A stretch of DNA of 64,000 nucleotides, from assembly GCA_048571215.1 (NCBI GenBank), contig CP182352.1, positions 2,624,001 through 2,688,000 on the forward strand, read 5' to 3'. Within the stretch, counting starts at the first letter, position 1; each line of letters starts with the position of its first letter. Origin of the DNA: Halarcobacter sp. (GTDB lineage Bacteria > Campylobacterota > Campylobacteria > Campylobacterales > Arcobacteraceae). Of the stretch, positions 30,415 through 42,266 are shown piece by piece. The notes beneath the pieces are model-generated. The model did no database searches, was not told the DNA's origin, and saw only the letters and a program-made list of their open reading frames with translations. Made by a program: the position numbers and the translations under genes.

Positions 30415-32469
30415 TTAAATCTTCTCAACAAATGAAGATAAGATATCCCTTCTAGTACCACCAAAATTTATAGTAAGTTTATAATCTTTGCCAGCTTTTG
30501 TAGCTTTTTGAACTCTTCCCATCCCAAAAATTTTATGCTGTACTAAATCACCCTTTTTAAATGCAGAGTTTTTTTCAATAGTTAAACTTCCTTTTATTAA
30601 GCCACTCTCACATAAAAATCTACTTTTTAATAAGCTTGCTCTTTTACCTTTATAAAATCTTGAATGTACAAAAGATAAGGTTAAGGTATCCATTGCCCTT
30701 GTAATAGCAACATATCCTAAACGTCTTTCCTCTTCGATATCACTTCCATCACCAATTATTGGGAAAAAACCCTCTTCCAAACCTATTATAAATAGATGTT
30801 TATATTCTAAACCTTTAGAAGAGTGTATACTCATCATAGATACAGCTTGATCAGTTAACTCACTTTGTTCTGATTCTAAAGCTATCTCATTTAAAAAATC
30901 CTCTAAACCTAAATGGGGATGTTGTATAAAATAATCCCTAATATATCCATTGAACTCATCGATATTTGCTTGTCTATCAAAACCATCGGGTACATTATCA
31001 AAAGATGCCCTATAATCAAAGGTTTCTTCAAATAGATCTAAAAACCTCATTTTTGATTCTTCTAAGGTATCTTTTAAGTCCATAATTGAAGCTATAAATA
31101 CTTTTAATGTTCTTGAGTTCTTTTTCCCTACAATTGCCGATAACTCTTCGGCATCAAACTCTTCTAAAATTGTGAATATAGGTTTTTGTAACTCTATTGA
31201 TTTAGCATCAAGCTTATCAATTGTTGTTTTTCCTATACCTCTTTTAGGTTTATTTATTATTCTTTTTAAAGAGAAATTATCTGTACTATTTGTTAGAATT
31301 CTAAAATATGCAATTAAATCTTTTATCTCAGCTCTTTCATAAAACTTCATACCACCTACAAGTTTATAGTTTAAGCCTGCTTTATTAAATCCCTCTTCAA
31401 GTGATCTTGAAAGGGCATTAACCCTAAATAAAATAGCAATATCTTTTGCACTTTCTCCTGTATTAATTAGTTTTTTTATATCTTCACATATCTTTCTGGT
31501 CTCTTCATTTTCATCATGGGACTCATAAACTTTTATGCTTTCACCTTTTGTTCTTGTTCCTATTAATTTTTTTCCAAGTCTATCTCTATTGTGTTCTATT
31601 AAATTGTTTGCATGTTCTAATATAGTATCAGTTGAACGGTAATTCTCTTCAAGTTTTACAACTTTTGTATTCTCAAAATGTTCTGTAAAATTTAATATGT
31701 TTTTAATAGTAGCTCCACGCCATCCATAAATTGACTGGTCATCATCACCAACAACACAAAGATTTGTATGGGTAGAGCAAAGTTTTCTAAGAAGTTTGTA
31801 TTGTAGCTCATTTGTATCTTGATACTCATCAACCATAACATATTGATATCTATTACTAGTCTCTTTTGCTAATTGATCATTTTTTTCTAATATCTTATAA
31901 GGAAGTAGTAACAAGTCATCAAAATCTACAAGATTGTTTTTTAATAAGTATGCCTCATATTTTTCATAAACATCAGCAACTTGTTGATAAAGTTTTAGTT
32001 GTGCTCCTGCTTTTGCCTCAGCAGGTGTTAATAAGGTGTTCTTATATTTTGATATCTCACTTACTAATAAAGAGGTTGTTATCTCTTTATCAATTGATTT
32101 TAATATCCTTTTTTTATCATCATTATCTATAATTATAAAGTTATTCTTTCTTCCAAGTTCACTCATATTAAACTTCAAAAATAGTAAACCAAATTTATGA
32201 AAAGTGCATAGAAGAGGTGGAGTATTAACTATAGAGCTATCAATAAGGGAAAATGCCCTTTCTCTCATCTCAGTTGCTGCTTTATTTGTAAAGGTTAGAG
32301 TTAATATTGAGCTTGGGTCAATTCCTATTGAGATTAGATAAGCTAATCTTGTTGTAATAGTTTTTGTTTTACCCGAACCAGCACCTGCTAAAATCAGTAA
32401 AGATCCATCTATATGTTTTGCAGCTTCTTGTTGAGATTCATTTAAAGATGATAAAAAATTTTCGCTCAT
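30415..32469 (-). CDS. uvrD: UvrD/PcrA/Rep family ATP-dependent DNA helicase
   Basis: AGAGSGKT, VDEYQDTN, VGDDDQSIYGWRGA, NYRS, EEERRL.YVAITRA. Confidence 0.95.
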   Translation of the reverse strand: MSENFLSSLNESQQEAAKHIDGSLLILAGAGSGKTKTITTRLAYLISIGIDPSSILTLTFTNKAATEMRERAFSLIDSSIVNTPPLLCTFHKFGLLFLKFNMSELGRKNNFIIIDNDDKKRILKSIDKEITTSLLVSEISKYKNTLLTPAEAKAGAQLKLYQQVADVYEKYEAYLLKNNLVDFDDLLLLPYKILEKNDQLAKETSNRYQYVMVDEYQDTNELQYKLLRKLCSTHTNLCVVGDDDQSIYGWRGATIKNILNFTEHFENTKVVKLEENYRSTDTILEHANNLIEHNRDRLGKKLIGTRTKGESIKVYESHDENEETRKICEDIKKLINTGESAKDIAILFRVNALSRSLEEGFNKAGLNYKLVGGMKFYERAEIKDLIAYFRILTNSTDNFSLKRIINKPKRGIGKTTIDKLDAKSIELQKPIFTILEEFDAEELSAIVGKKNSRTLKVFIASIMDLKDTLEESKMRFLDLFEETFDYRASFDNVPDGFDRQANIDEFNGYIRDYFIQHPHLGLEDFLNEIALESEQSELTDQAVSMMSIHSSKGLEYKHLFIIGLEEGFFPIIGDGSDIEEERRLGYVAITRAMDTLTLSFVHSRFYKGKRASLLKSRFLCESGLIKGSLTIEKNSAFKKGDLVQHKIFGMGRVQKATKAGKDYKLTINFGGTRRDILSSFVEKI

Positions 32470-32642
32470 TTCTTCTCCATATTTAGTATAAATGCAACAT
32501 TTTTATCTATAGTTATAGTTTTTATTCAAATCAGTATTATATAAATTATAACATAATTTTAATAAAATTCCTTCTACTTAATATTTTTATTTATAAATAA
32601 ATGTTATTATTAACATTACAATTAATTAAAGGTCATAATCAT

Positions 32643-33539
32643 ATGTTAACAGATTTTGCAAAACTAGAAACATTTCTAACTGTAGTTAGAGAAAAGTCAT
32701 TTTCAAAAGCATCTGCCAAACTTGGAATCTCACAACCAGCAGTAACTCAACAAATGAAATTTATCGAGGAATACCTCGATGTTCAGGTAGTTGATAGAAA
32801 GAAAAATGGTATTAGGCTTACAAAAGAAGGTCAAATGTTATTTGCTATTGCCCAAAAAATTGAAAGATGTGTTGGCAATGCAGAAAAAGAATTATTAAAG
32901 ATAATGAACAAAGATGTTACCTTTGTATTTGGTGCATCATTTATAATTGGAAATTATATTTTACCAAGGTTTTTAAATAATTTAAAAGAGAATATAAATA
33001 ACGAAGTTTCAATAAATGTTTCAGTATCCCATAAAGCTATTGAAGATTTATTAGATAAAAAGATTGACATGGCGTTAGTTGAAAACTATATTTCAGACGA
33101 AGATATTATTTATAGAGAATGGATGGATGATGAGATAGTGATTTTCTCAAATCAAAAACTCCCTGAAAAAGCTAGCGCAGCTGATTTATTATCTTATAAA
33201 TGGGTTTGTAGAAATCCAGATTCAAACACAAGACATATATTTAAAGAATCTTTAGATAAAGCTAACTATCCAGATTGTGATACTTTTGATGTAACAAGTG
33301 AAGTTACAAGTGCAACAACTATAGTTCAAACAGTTTTACACTCTGATAAAAATAAAACTCCAACTGTTTCAATTGTATCAAGAAATGCTATTGAATCACT
33401 TCTAAAAGCGGGAGCTTTATATGAATCAAGAATTGGAACTCAAAAAATGATTAGAAAGCTTTATATTGCCTATAGAAAAGATAGAAAACATGATGCATTT
33501 ATTGAAAATGTAGTTGATTATCTTTTAAAGATTTCATAA
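32643..33539 (+). CDS. LysR family transcriptional regulator
   Basis: SFSKASAKLGISQPAVTQQ HTH, LTKEG; likely start ATG 32643. Confidence 0.93.
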   Translation: MLTDFAKLETFLTVVREKSFSKASAKLGISQPAVTQQMKFIEEYLDVQVVDRKKNGIRLTKEGQMLFAIAQKIERCVGNAEKELLKIMNKDVTFVFGASFIIGNYILPRFLNNLKENINNEVSINVSVSHKAIEDLLDKKIDMALVENYISDEDIIYREWMDDEIVIFSNQKLPEKASAADLLSYKWVCRNPDSNTRHIFKESLDKANYPDCDTFDVTSEVTSATTIVQTVLHSDKNKTPTVSIVSRNAIESLLKAGALYESRIGTQKMIRKLYIAYRKDRKHDAFIENVVDYLLKIS

Positions 33540-33553
33540 ATTTATATTTTTTA

Positions 33554-33582
33554 GTTAGTAAGTTATATTCTAACTTACTAAC
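33554..33582. terminator. Hairpin between convergent genes
   Basis: GTTAGTAAGTTA-tattc-TAACTTACTAAC. Confidence 0.7.
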
Positions 33583-33594
33583 ATATCCAACTAA

Positions 33595-34590
33595 TCAGTA
33601 CTTCAAATTCTCTTTAAGTAAAGCTTTTCTAATTTTTTCAATCTGATTGTGCTTATTTTTACACCAAAGTGGAGCCAATAAAGTTTCATCTTCTATACCA
33701 GCAGTAACCCTTTGAACTGAAATATTTGTAGGTAGTCTTTTTATCGATTTCACTACCATATCTATATATAACTCTTCTGTAATAGGAGTAAATTTACCAC
33801 TATTATACTCATTTGTTAAAAGTGTATTTTTTACAACATAAAGGGGATGAAACTTTATTGAGTCTACATTTAGTTTTATAGTCTCATCAAGAGTATTTAG
33901 CATCATCTCTTGGGTTTCATCTGGTAAACCATAAATCAAGTGGGCACAAACATTTAAACCTCTTTGTTTTGTTTTTCTAATCCACTTTCTCATTGTAAAG
34001 CTATCATCACCTCTATTTATCCTATTTAAAGTATCATCATAAAAAGATTGAACCCCATATTCAACCCAAACCTCTTTATCTTTTGCTAATTCTTCCAAAA
34101 AATCTAATATCTCATCAGTCATGCAATCAGTTCTTGTACCAATAGAAATACCAATTACATTATCAAAAGATAAGGCTTTTGTATATAATGCTTTTAAAGT
34201 ATCTATTGGGGCATAAGTATTTGTAAAAGATTGAAAATATACCATATATTTTTTTGTAGCAAATTTATTTTTTAAAACATTTGAAGTTGCATTAAACTGC
34301 AGTTCTAACTGTTTTAGTTGATTTTCTAAAAGGGGGTTTTCCTTTACTTTAGGATTTAGTTTAAATCTTTGTTTTTTATTTTGTAGATTTGGAGAGAAGG
34401 AATCATTTTCACAAAATGAACACCCTCCTCTAGCAACTGTTCCATCAATATTTGGACAAGTAAAACCTGAAATACTAATTGGTACCTTATAAATAGTTTC
34501 ACCAAATTTTTTTCTAAAGTATCTACCAATGGTTAGTACTTCTTTATTTTTGGTTTTAAATAGCTTTTTATTGTTTAACGAAATAGTCAC
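33595..34590 (-). CDS. TIGR01212/YhcC family radical SAM protein
   Basis: GFTCPNIDG....GGCSFC, YFQSFTNTY, HLIYGLP; start uncertain (GTG). Confidence 0.9.
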   Translation of the reverse strand: MTISLNNKKLFKTKNKEVLTIGRYFRKKFGETIYKVPISISGFTCPNIDGTVARGGCSFCENDSFSPNLQNKKQRFKLNPKVKENPLLENQLKQLELQFNATSNVLKNKFATKKYMVYFQSFTNTYAPIDTLKALYTKALSFDNVIGISIGTRTDCMTDEILDFLEELAKDKEVWVEYGVQSFYDDTLNRINRGDDSFTMRKWIRKTKQRGLNVCAHLIYGLPDETQEMMLNTLDETIKLNVDSIKFHPLYVVKNTLLTNEYNSGKFTPITEELYIDMVVKSIKRLPTNISVQRVTAGIEDETLLAPLWCKNKHNQIEKIRKALLKENLKY

Positions 34591-35917
34591 CGTTAAAACT
34601 CTCTAATGCATAATTTCTATCATTTCCAATAGATTCTACTAAATCTTGGATACTTAAATATTCTAAAGTATCAGCTTCAATATATTCTCTTATCTCTTCT
34701 TTTGTCATTCTATGAGAAATGAGTTCATCTTTTGATGGCGTATCAATTCCATAATAACATGGATATTTAATCTCTGGACTAGCCACTCTAAAGTGTACCT
34801 CTTTTGCTCCAGCTTCTTTAAGCATTTTTACAATTCTTTTTGAAGTTGTTCCCCTAACAACCGAGTCATCAATCACTAGTAGGGATTTACCTTCTATTAA
34901 AGATTTCATTGGTGAAAGTTTCATCTTAACTTTCATATTTCTCATCTCTTGTGTTGGTTCAATAAAAGTTCTTCCAACATAATGATTTCTAATAATCCCA
35001 TATTCAAAAGGAACATTACTTTCAGAAGAATATCCAAGAGCTGCTGGAACACCCGAATCTGGAACTGGAACGACCATATCAACAGTTATTCCATTATTTA
35101 AATCATTTCTAGCTAAAGTTTTACCCATATCTTGTCTTGTTCTATATACATTTTTCCCATCAATAACCGAATCAGGTCTTGCAAAATATACATATTCAAA
35201 AGCACAAGGTCTAAACTCTGGTTCAAATAGTTGTATAGATTCAGGCTCTTCTGTTTTGTCTGAAAATATCAACATCTCCCCTGGTCTAATATCTCTTACA
35301 TATTCAGCATCAACCAAATCAAAAGCGCAAGTTTCACTTGCAACAATATATCCACCAGACTTGATTCTACCTAAAGACAATGGTCTAATCCCATATCTAT
35401 CTCTAATAACAAATTGTTTATTTCTTGATTGAATAATAAAACAATAAGCTCCAATAGTTTTATTTAAAGCTTCAACTATTCTTTCTCTTAATCTATTTTT
35501 TGAGTTTTTAGCTATCAGGTGAATAAGGTTTTCTGTATCCATTCCTGTTTGAAATATTGCACCATTATCAATAAGTTCATTTCTAACCTCATCTTTATTT
35601 ATAAGGTTACCATTATGTACTATAGATATTTCACCCAGCTTATATTTAGCAAATACAGGCTGCGCATCTAAGATTGAATCACTCCCTGCTGTTGAGTATC
35701 TATTATGACCAATTGCCATATTACCTTTTAAATATTTTAATGCCTCTTCATCAAAAACTTCAGATACTAAACCTCTGTTTTTAATTGTATGGATTTTACC
35801 ATTACATGATGAAGATATACCAGTAGCCTCTTGTCCCCTATGTTGCATAGAAAAAAGAGCTAGTGAAGCCAATCTTGATGCATTATCATTTCCGTAAATA
35901 CCTACTATTGCACACAT
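34568..35917 (-). CDS. purF: Amidophosphoribosyltransferase
   Basis: N-terminal Cys, QHRGQE, RYSTAG, VPDSG, IDDSVVRGTT. Confidence 0.98.
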   Translation of the reverse strand: MCAIVGIYGNDNASRLASLALFSMQHRGQEATGISSSCNGKIHTIKNRGLVSEVFDEEALKYLKGNMAIGHNRYSTAGSDSILDAQPVFAKYKLGEISIVHNGNLINKDEVRNELIDNGAIFQTGMDTENLIHLIAKNSKNRLRERIVEALNKTIGAYCFIIQSRNKQFVIRDRYGIRPLSLGRIKSGGYIVASETCAFDLVDAEYVRDIRPGEMLIFSDKTEEPESIQLFEPEFRPCAFEYVYFARPDSVIDGKNVYRTRQDMGKTLARNDLNNGITVDMVVPVPDSGVPAALGYSSESNVPFEYGIIRNHYVGRTFIEPTQEMRNMKVKMKLSPMKSLIEGKSLLVIDDSVVRGTTSKRIVKMLKEAGAKEVHFRVASPEIKYPCYYGIDTPSKDELISHRMTKEEIREYIEADTLEYLSIQDLVESIGNDRNYALESFNGDYFVKQ

Positions 35918-35926
35918 ATATTTTCC

Positions 35927-36700
35927 TTATAGACCTAAACAGTCATTTATAGAGTATAGACCAGCTTCTTGATTAACTAACCATTTAGCTGCTTTAATTG
36001 CACCTTTTGAAAAAGTGTTTCTTGAAGTTGCAGTATGGTGTAATTCAATAAACTCACCATCATTATATAGTCCAACAGTATGTCGTCCAACTATATCACC
36101 ACCTCTAAGACTCATAACACCTATTTCATCTTTTGTTCGAGCACCAATAACTCCATCTCTACCAGAAATTCTAACACTATCTAAGTCTAAGTCTCTAGCA
36201 CTTGCAGCATGTTCAGCTAAAGTTAAAGCTGTTCCAGAAGGGGCATCAACTTTATATCTATGGTGTTGCTCAACTATTTCACAATCAAAATCTCTTAAAG
36301 CTTTAGAAGCAAGGCTTACAAGTTTATTTAATACTGCAACCCCTAAACTCATATTTGTAGCATAAAGTACAGGTACTTTCTTACTAGCTTCTATTAGTAA
36401 ATTTTGTTGATGTTTGTTAAATCCAGTTGTAGCGATAACTAATGGTTTATCACCACCATGTTCAACTATTTGAGTAAGTAAAGCTTCAGTTGCAACTGGA
36501 ACTGAAAAATCTATAATAACATCAGAAGACTCTAACAATGTTTTCATATCATTTGTTACAATAGTACCATCAGGAACACTCTTTTTTAATTTATTAACAA
36601 CATGACAAGCCGATAATTTTGCACCTTCGTCATTTTCTAAATCATCAATTAACAAAGAGCCAACTCTTCCCGTACTACCTACTATACCTACATTTAACAT
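35927..36700 (-). CDS. dapB: 4-hydroxy-tetrahydrodipicolinate reductase
   Basis: IDFS, TTG, EQHHRYKVDAPSGTA, RGGDIVGRH. Confidence 0.97.
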   Translation of the reverse strand: MLNVGIVGSTGRVGSLLIDDLENDEGAKLSACHVVNKLKKSVPDGTIVTNDMKTLLESSDVIIDFSVPVATEALLTQIVEHGGDKPLVIATTGFNKHQQNLLIEASKKVPVLYATNMSLGVAVLNKLVSLASKALRDFDCEIVEQHHRYKVDAPSGTALTLAEHAASARDLDLDSVRISGRDGVIGARTKDEIGVMSLRGGDIVGRHTVGLYNDGEFIELHHTATSRNTFSKGAIKAAKWLVNQEAGLYSINDCLGL

Positions 36701-36722
36701 TCAATTCATCCTTTAAAAAAAC

Positions 36723-36825
36723 TCCTCTTTAGAGGAACTAATTAATTTAATAACTAATTTCAAGGCAGAAATAAATTCTGCTTTGTTTGTAAAATCCTAA
36801 AAGGCTTTAAAAGTAAAGCCTTTTA
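36723..36825 (-). terminator. Three tandem hairpins between trxB and dapB
   Basis: Stems at 36798-36825, 36761-36785 and 36723-36736. Confidence 0.55.
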
Positions 36826-36838
36826 AAAAAATATACTT

Positions 36839-37768
36839 TTATCCAACATACTCAATAATATCAACAGCAGCTGTTGCACCATCACCCGCTGCACACACTA
36901 CTTGTTTTGCTGCTTCTATTCTAACATCACCTGCAGCATATAGTCCAGGTACTGATGTTTTCATTTTCAAATCAACAATAACTTCCCCTTGTTCATTTAC
37001 ATCACAAAGAAAAGTTCCATCTTCTTGTTTTAATGGATCATTTAATACATCTCTTCCAACAAATACAAAAACACCAGGTACATCAAGTTGTCTTGTTTCA
37101 CCTGATTCTTTTGATTTAACTATTAGTCCAGTTACTCCTGAATTATCCCCAATTACCTCTTCTACAGTTACATTTGTAACCTCTTCAATATTTTCACAAG
37201 CTTTCATATGTTCTATTGTACTTGGTGCGGCTCTATAAGTGTCTCTTCTATGCACTAAATAAACTTTTGAACAAATTTTTGAAAGATAAACAGCTTCTTC
37301 TAAAGCAGAGTCTCCACCACCAACAAGAGCTACTTCTTTCCCTTTATAGAAAAATCCATCACAAGTTGCACAAGTAGAAATTCCTCTTCCAAAGAATTTA
37401 TCTTCCCCTTTGAAACCTGCTCGCTTTGGTACTGATCCAGTTGCCAATAATACTGATTTTGATTCTTGAGTTTTTCCATCAGCTGTTTCAACTGTAAAGA
37501 TATCACCATTTTTAGTTACTTTTGTAACTTGATTCATCTCATGTTTTAAACCAAACTTCATAGCTTGAGCTGGCCAATTATCCATAAGCTCCATACCAGT
37601 CATAACTTCACCTTGACCAGGATAATTTTCTATTTCAGAACTCCCTGTAATCTGTCCTCCTGGCATACCCATTTCAAACATAGTTACATTGTTAAGACCA
37701 CCTCTTGTTGCGTATAGTCCTGCTGTTAAACCCGCAGGTCCACCACCTATAATAGCTAAATCTAACAT
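36839..37768 (-). CDS. trxB: Thioredoxin reductase
   Basis: GGGPAG, CATCDG, GGGDSA.EEA, AAGD. Confidence 0.97.
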   Translation of the reverse strand: MLDLAIIGGGPAGLTAGLYATRGGLNNVTMFEMGMPGGQITGSSEIENYPGQGEVMTGMELMDNWPAQAMKFGLKHEMNQVTKVTKNGDIFTVETADGKTQESKSVLLATGSVPKRAGFKGEDKFFGRGISTCATCDGFFYKGKEVALVGGGDSALEEAVYLSKICSKVYLVHRRDTYRAAPSTIEHMKACENIEEVTNVTVEEVIGDNSGVTGLIVKSKESGETRQLDVPGVFVFVGRDVLNDPLKQEDGTFLCDVNEQGEVIVDLKMKTSVPGLYAAGDVRIEAAKQVVCAAGDGATAAVDIIEYVG

Positions 37769-38000
37769 CTCATTCCCCTTTATATGTTATACCAAATAAA
37801 AAAATAATCATTTATGCTCTAATTTAGTATAAGGGCATAATTTTACTAAATTTTTGTTAAGTTTAAGGTTAACTAAAAATCTACATAGGAAAATTTTTTT
37901 CCTTTGATTATTTTTATCGTATTTAACAATAGTATCAATAAAATTTTGCTTTTGTTTTAATTTGTATTAGAATATTTATTTATTTTTAAGATTTGTTTAG

Positions 38001-38029
38001 AAAAAAGTAGAGAGAACTCCACTTTTTTT
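38001..38029 (-). terminator. Probable terminator after trxA
   Basis: AAAAAAGT-a-GAG-agaa-CTC-c-ACTTTTTT inverted repeat. Confidence 0.55.
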
Positions 38030-38033
38030 AAAA

Positions 38034-38351
38034 TTATAATAATGAGTTAATTTTATCTGTAAATGCTTGTTTAGAAGAAGCACCTACCATTTGATCAACA
38101 ATTTCACCATCTTTCATGAAAATAATTGTTGGAATAGATCTAATTCCATATTTTACTGCTAGGTCTTGTTGCTCATCTGTATTTACTTTACAAATGTTTG
38201 CTTTCCCTTCAAACTCTTCTGCTAACTCTTCAATAACAGGAGCGATCATTCTACAAGGTCCACACCAAGGAGCCCAGAAATCCACTAATGAGACACCAGT
38301 TTTCGTAATTTCATCAAAATTTTCTGGAGTTAAATCTGTATATTTACCCAT
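38034..38351 (-). CDS. trxA: Thioredoxin
   Basis: WCGPC, IRSIPT. Confidence 0.98.
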   Translation of the reverse strand: MGKYTDLTPENFDEITKTGVSLVDFWAPWCGPCRMIAPVIEELAEEFEGKANICKVNTDEQQDLAVKYGIRSIPTIIFMKDGEIVDQMVGASSKQAFTDKINSLL

Positions 38352-38484
38352 TTTTTCATCCTTTTTATATATAATGTTATATTGTAAAAATTATACTAAT
38401 TTAACCTTAAATAAACTTCACTAATCTTTGATAAATATATATTTTGTTAAAATATTTAATTAAATTTATATATGGATAATTTTT

Positions 38485-41040
38485 ATGGATATTAGAAAAG
38501 AATATTTAGAGTTTTTTAAAAGTAAAGGGCATGAAGTAATTTCATCAATGCCATTAGTTCCCGATGATCCTACGCTTATGTTTACAAACGCTGGGATGGT
38601 TCAATTTAAAGATATATTTACAGGGGCAGTTCCTAGACCTAGTAATCCTACAGCTACCTCTTGTCAATTATGTGTAAGAGCTGGTGGTAAGCACAATGAC
38701 CTTGAAAATGTAGGTTATACAGCAAGACATCACACTTTATTTGAAATGTTAGGTAATTTCTCTTTTGGAGATTACTTTAAAAAAGATGCCATAGCTTATG
38801 CTTGGGAGTTTATCACTGTTAATTTAGAACTACCTATAGAAAAACTTTGGGTTACTATTCATGATAGTGATGATGAAGCTTATAATCTATGGAAAGAGCA
38901 TATAAGTGAAGATAGAATCAAAAGATTTGGGGATAAAGACAACTTTTGGTCAATGGGAGATACAGGACCTTGTGGACCATGTAGTGAGATTTTTTATGAC
39001 CAAGGGGAAGAGCACTTTAACTCAGATGAAGATTATTTAGGTGGAGATGGAGATAGATTTTTAGAGATTTGGAACCTTGTTTTTATGCAATATGAACAAA
39101 GTTCTGATGGGAAAAGAACACCTCTTCCAAAACCATCAATAGATACAGGAATGGGTCTTGAAAGAGTTATTGCAATAAAAGAGGGTGTATTTAATAACTT
39201 TGATTCATCAAATTTCCAACCAATTATTAAAAAACTTGAAAAATTATCTAATAAAAAAGCAACAAAAGAAACAATTGCTTCATATAGAGTAATCTCAGAC
39301 CACTTAAGAGCAAATTCATTTATGTTATCTCAAGGGATTTTATTTGGGAATGAAGGAAGACCTTATGTAAATAGAAGAATCATGAGAAGAGCTGTAAGAC
39401 ATGGATATCTTTTAGGATTTAGAAAACCTTTCTTGGCAAATCTATATGATACTTTATGTGAAATAATGGGTGGACACTATAAAGAGCTAATTGAGCAAAA
39501 AGAGTATGTAAAAGAGCAATTAACCTTAGAAGAGGAGAGATTTCTAAAAACTATTGATTCGGGTATGAGTATATTTAACGATGAATTAAAAAATACAAAA
39601 GAGATTTTTTCAGGAGAAGTTGCCTTTAAACTTTATGATACTTATGGATTTCCTTTAGATTTAACAGAAGATATGTTAAGGGATAAGAATTTAAAAGTAG
39701 ATATTGCTAAATTTGATGAACTAATGGATGCCCAAAAAGCAAAAGCAAAAGCTGCTTGGAAAGGTAGTGGAGATGTTGCTACTGAGGGAGATTTTAAAAC
39801 CTTACTTGAAAAATATGGAGTAAATAAATTTGTTGGATATGAAAATACTGCTTACAAAAGTAAAATAGTAACAATCTTAGATGAAAAATTTAATGAGATT
39901 CCAAAACTTTCAAAAGGTCTTAGTGGTTGGGTTATGCTTGATCAAACTCCATTTTATGCTACAAGTGGTGGACAAGCAGGAGATATTGGGGCATTAGAAG
40001 ATGATGGTCATATTGCAATAGTTGAAGAAACTTCTAAATTTCATGGAATCAATCTATCTAAAGTAAAAGTTGAAAGCTCAGACCTAGTTGTAGGTGAAAC
40101 CTTAAGAGCTGTTGTTGTAAATAGATATGAAGTGGCAAAACATCATAGTGCAACACACCTATTACAAAGTGCTCTTAAAATGGTATTGGGAGATACAGTA
40201 TCTCAAGCTGGTTCTTTAAATGATTCTTCAAGACTTAGATTTGATTTTACTTATCCTAAAGCCATGACTGCTGAACAAATCGAAGAGGTTGAAGACTTAG
40301 TTAATACTATGATTGTAAGAGGACTTCCTGGAAATGTTGAGGAGTTACCAATTGAAGAAGCCAAACAAAAAGGTGCAATTGCAATGTTTGGTGAAAAATA
40401 TGGAGATATGGTTAGAGTAGTTACTTTTGGAGATGTGTCTGTGGAGTTTTGTGGTGGAACCCATGTAAAAAATACAGATGATATTGGAAGTTTTTATATT
40501 ACAAAAGAATCAGGTGTTAGTGCAGGAGTTAGAAGAATAGAAGCCGTTTGTGGACTTGCAGCAATTAAATACACAAAAGGGATAATCTCAACAATGAATC
40601 AAGTTCAAAATGAGCTTAAAAACAATGATATTGTTCTTGGTATCAAAAAACTAAAAGATCAAATTAAAGATCTTAAAAAAGAGTTAGAACTTGCACAAAA
40701 TTCTATCTCTACACCAATAGCTGAAGAACTTATAGGTGATACAAAAATTGTTGTTGATATAGTTGAGAATAGTGATATCAAAAAACTTGTTGATGATTAT
40801 AAAAATGGAAATGAGAAAGTTGCTATTTTATTAATCCAAGCAAAAGGTGAAAAAGTTATGCTTGTTGCTGGAAGTAAAAATACAAAAATAAAAGCTGGTG
40901 ACTGGATAAAAGCTATTGCTCCAATCGTTGGTGGAGGTGGAGGTGGAAGATCTGACTTCGCCCAAGCTGGTGGAAAAGATATCTCAAAAATAAAAGAAGC
41001 AAAAGAAGCAGCACTTAACTTTGCAAAGGAAAATATATAG
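38485..41040 (+). CDS. alaS: Alanine--tRNA ligase
   Basis: [47 protein letters not shown]. Confidence 0.99.
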   Translation: MDIRKEYLEFFKSKGHEVISSMPLVPDDPTLMFTNAGMVQFKDIFTGAVPRPSNPTATSCQLCVRAGGKHNDLENVGYTARHHTLFEMLGNFSFGDYFKKDAIAYAWEFITVNLELPIEKLWVTIHDSDDEAYNLWKEHISEDRIKRFGDKDNFWSMGDTGPCGPCSEIFYDQGEEHFNSDEDYLGGDGDRFLEIWNLVFMQYEQSSDGKRTPLPKPSIDTGMGLERVIAIKEGVFNNFDSSNFQPIIKKLEKLSNKKATKETIASYRVISDHLRANSFMLSQGILFGNEGRPYVNRRIMRRAVRHGYLLGFRKPFLANLYDTLCEIMGGHYKELIEQKEYVKEQLTLEEERFLKTIDSGMSIFNDELKNTKEIFSGEVAFKLYDTYGFPLDLTEDMLRDKNLKVDIAKFDELMDAQKAKAKAAWKGSGDVATEGDFKTLLEKYGVNKFVGYENTAYKSKIVTILDEKFNEIPKLSKGLSGWVMLDQTPFYATSGGQAGDIGALEDDGHIAIVEETSKFHGINLSKVKVESSDLVVGETLRAVVVNRYEVAKHHSATHLLQSALKMVLGDTVSQAGSLNDSSRLRFDFTYPKAMTAEQIEEVEDLVNTMIVRGLPGNVEELPIEEAKQKGAIAMFGEKYGDMVRVVTFGDVSVEFCGGTHVKNTDDIGSFYITKESGVSAGVRRIEAVCGLAAIKYTKGIISTMNQVQNELKNNDIVLGIKKLKDQIKDLKKELELAQNSISTPIAEELIGDTKIVVDIVENSDIKKLVDDYKNGNEKVAILLIQAKGEKVMLVAGSKNTKIKAGDWIKAIAPIVGGGGGGRSDFAQAGGKDISKIKEAKEAALNFAKENI

Positions 41041-41520
41041 ATGGAATCTTTATTTAGTAATTTTTCAGCTCTAATTATCTTTTTGCATGTTTTATCTGCT
41101 GTTATTTGGGTAGGTGGGATGATTGCAATAAGATTTGCAGTTCACTACTCTATGCAAGATATAGATGACCCAAAGATTAAACTAGGAAGAACATTAGAGA
41201 GTTTAAGAAGATTTTTTAATATGGTTATCCCTTCAATTTTAATACTTTTAGCAACTGCAATTATAATGATAATTGCTTTAGGTTTAAAAGGTACACCTTT
41301 ATATAGTTATGCTATAGCAAAAGAGATAATCTGGACTATAATGACAGTTGTTTTTATAGTAATCTTTATAAAAAGAAAACAAGCAGCAAAAGCTTTTGAT
41401 GAAGGAGATTTTGCTCTTACAAAAGAAAAACTACTTCCTATCTCAAACTATTTAATACCCATAAATATTCTACTTGGATTGCTTGCAATTTTTTTAGGAG
41501 TTACATTAAGAGGATTATAA
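41041..41520 (+). CDS. Four-TM membrane protein (CopD-like N-terminus)
   Basis: FLHVLSAVIWVGGM motif; four hydrophobic segments. Confidence 0.7.
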   Translation: MESLFSNFSALIIFLHVLSAVIWVGGMIAIRFAVHYSMQDIDDPKIKLGRTLESLRRFFNMVIPSILILLATAIIMIIALGLKGTPLYSYAIAKEIIWTIMTVVFIVIFIKRKQAAKAFDEGDFALTKEKLLPISNYLIPINILLGLLAIFLGVTLRGL

Positions 41521-41530
41521 TCCTCTTAAT
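41505..41530. terminator. Perfect 26 bp palindrome spanning the stop codon
   Basis: ATTAAGAGGATTATAATCCTCTTAAT is its own reverse complement. Confidence 0.55.
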
Positions 41531-41735
41531 CACTCAAATAATACTCAACAATGGAAACAAACCTACTGTTTTTATACGAGGGATATTTTTATCCCTATCA
41601 AAAATTGAAAATTGACCTTGTCTAGCTTTTTTGTTAACTCTTCAATCATTTTTAGTTATGTGTTTGATTATAATTAATATATTAAAAAATTTAAGTGAGA
41701 TTCAATTAAAATATAAAAAAAATCTAGGTATCAAT

Positions 41736-42266
41736 ATGAATCTAAAAAAAACTCTTTTTACTATATTTTTTATTCTTTTAACTTTTCAAGCTTGTAGTAC
41801 AAAAAATTATTATAGAAGTGATAGTTTTAACTACAACAAATCTTTTCCACTTAAATCAAACTATGATTATCAAATCACCAAAAATTTAAACTATAGTAAA
41901 CTATATGATGCCTTGTACAACCAATACAAGGAGTGGAAAGGTGTAAAATATAAATATGGGGGAAATAGCAAAAAGGGCATAGACTGTTCAGCTTTTGTAC
42001 AAAGAACTTTTAGGGATAAATTACATATTAAAATCCCTAGAACTACAAAATATCAATCCTCATTTGGTAAAAATATTCCAATGGAACAATTAGAACTTGG
42101 GGATTTAATATTTTTTAAAACAGGTTTTAACACTAGACATGTAGGGATATATCTAGAAGCTGGTAAATTTTTACATGCATCAACTAAATATGGAGTAACA
42201 ATCTCCCATATGGATAATGGATATTACCAAGATAGTTTTTGGAAGATACAAAGGGTTATCTACTAA
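41736..42266 (+). CDS. NlpC/P60 family lipoprotein (peptidoglycan endopeptidase)
   Basis: Lipobox FQAC; YKYGG...GIDCSAF, GDLIFF, HVGIY, FLHAS; likely start ATG 41736. Confidence 0.93.
   Translation: MNLKKTLFTIFFILLTFQACSTKNYYRSDSFNYNKSFPLKSNYDYQITKNLNYSKLYDALYNQYKEWKGVKYKYGGNSKKGIDCSAFVQRTFRDKLHIKIPRTTKYQSSFGKNIPMEQLELGDLIFFKTGFNTRHVGIYLEAGKFLHASTKYGVTISHMDNGYYQDSFWKIQRVIY

Noticed and set aside
37769..38033. Possible sRNA or small gene between trxA and trxB
   Set aside because: AT-rich, with only a terminator-like and a weak hairpin; consistent with a promoter region
41631..41735. Long N-terminal extension of the NlpC/P60 ORF (similarly for LysR 32601, nadC 14420, smpB 28806)
   Set aside because: Downstream ATGs give a proper lipoprotein signal, SD or gene overlap; the extensions are ORF-caller artefacts
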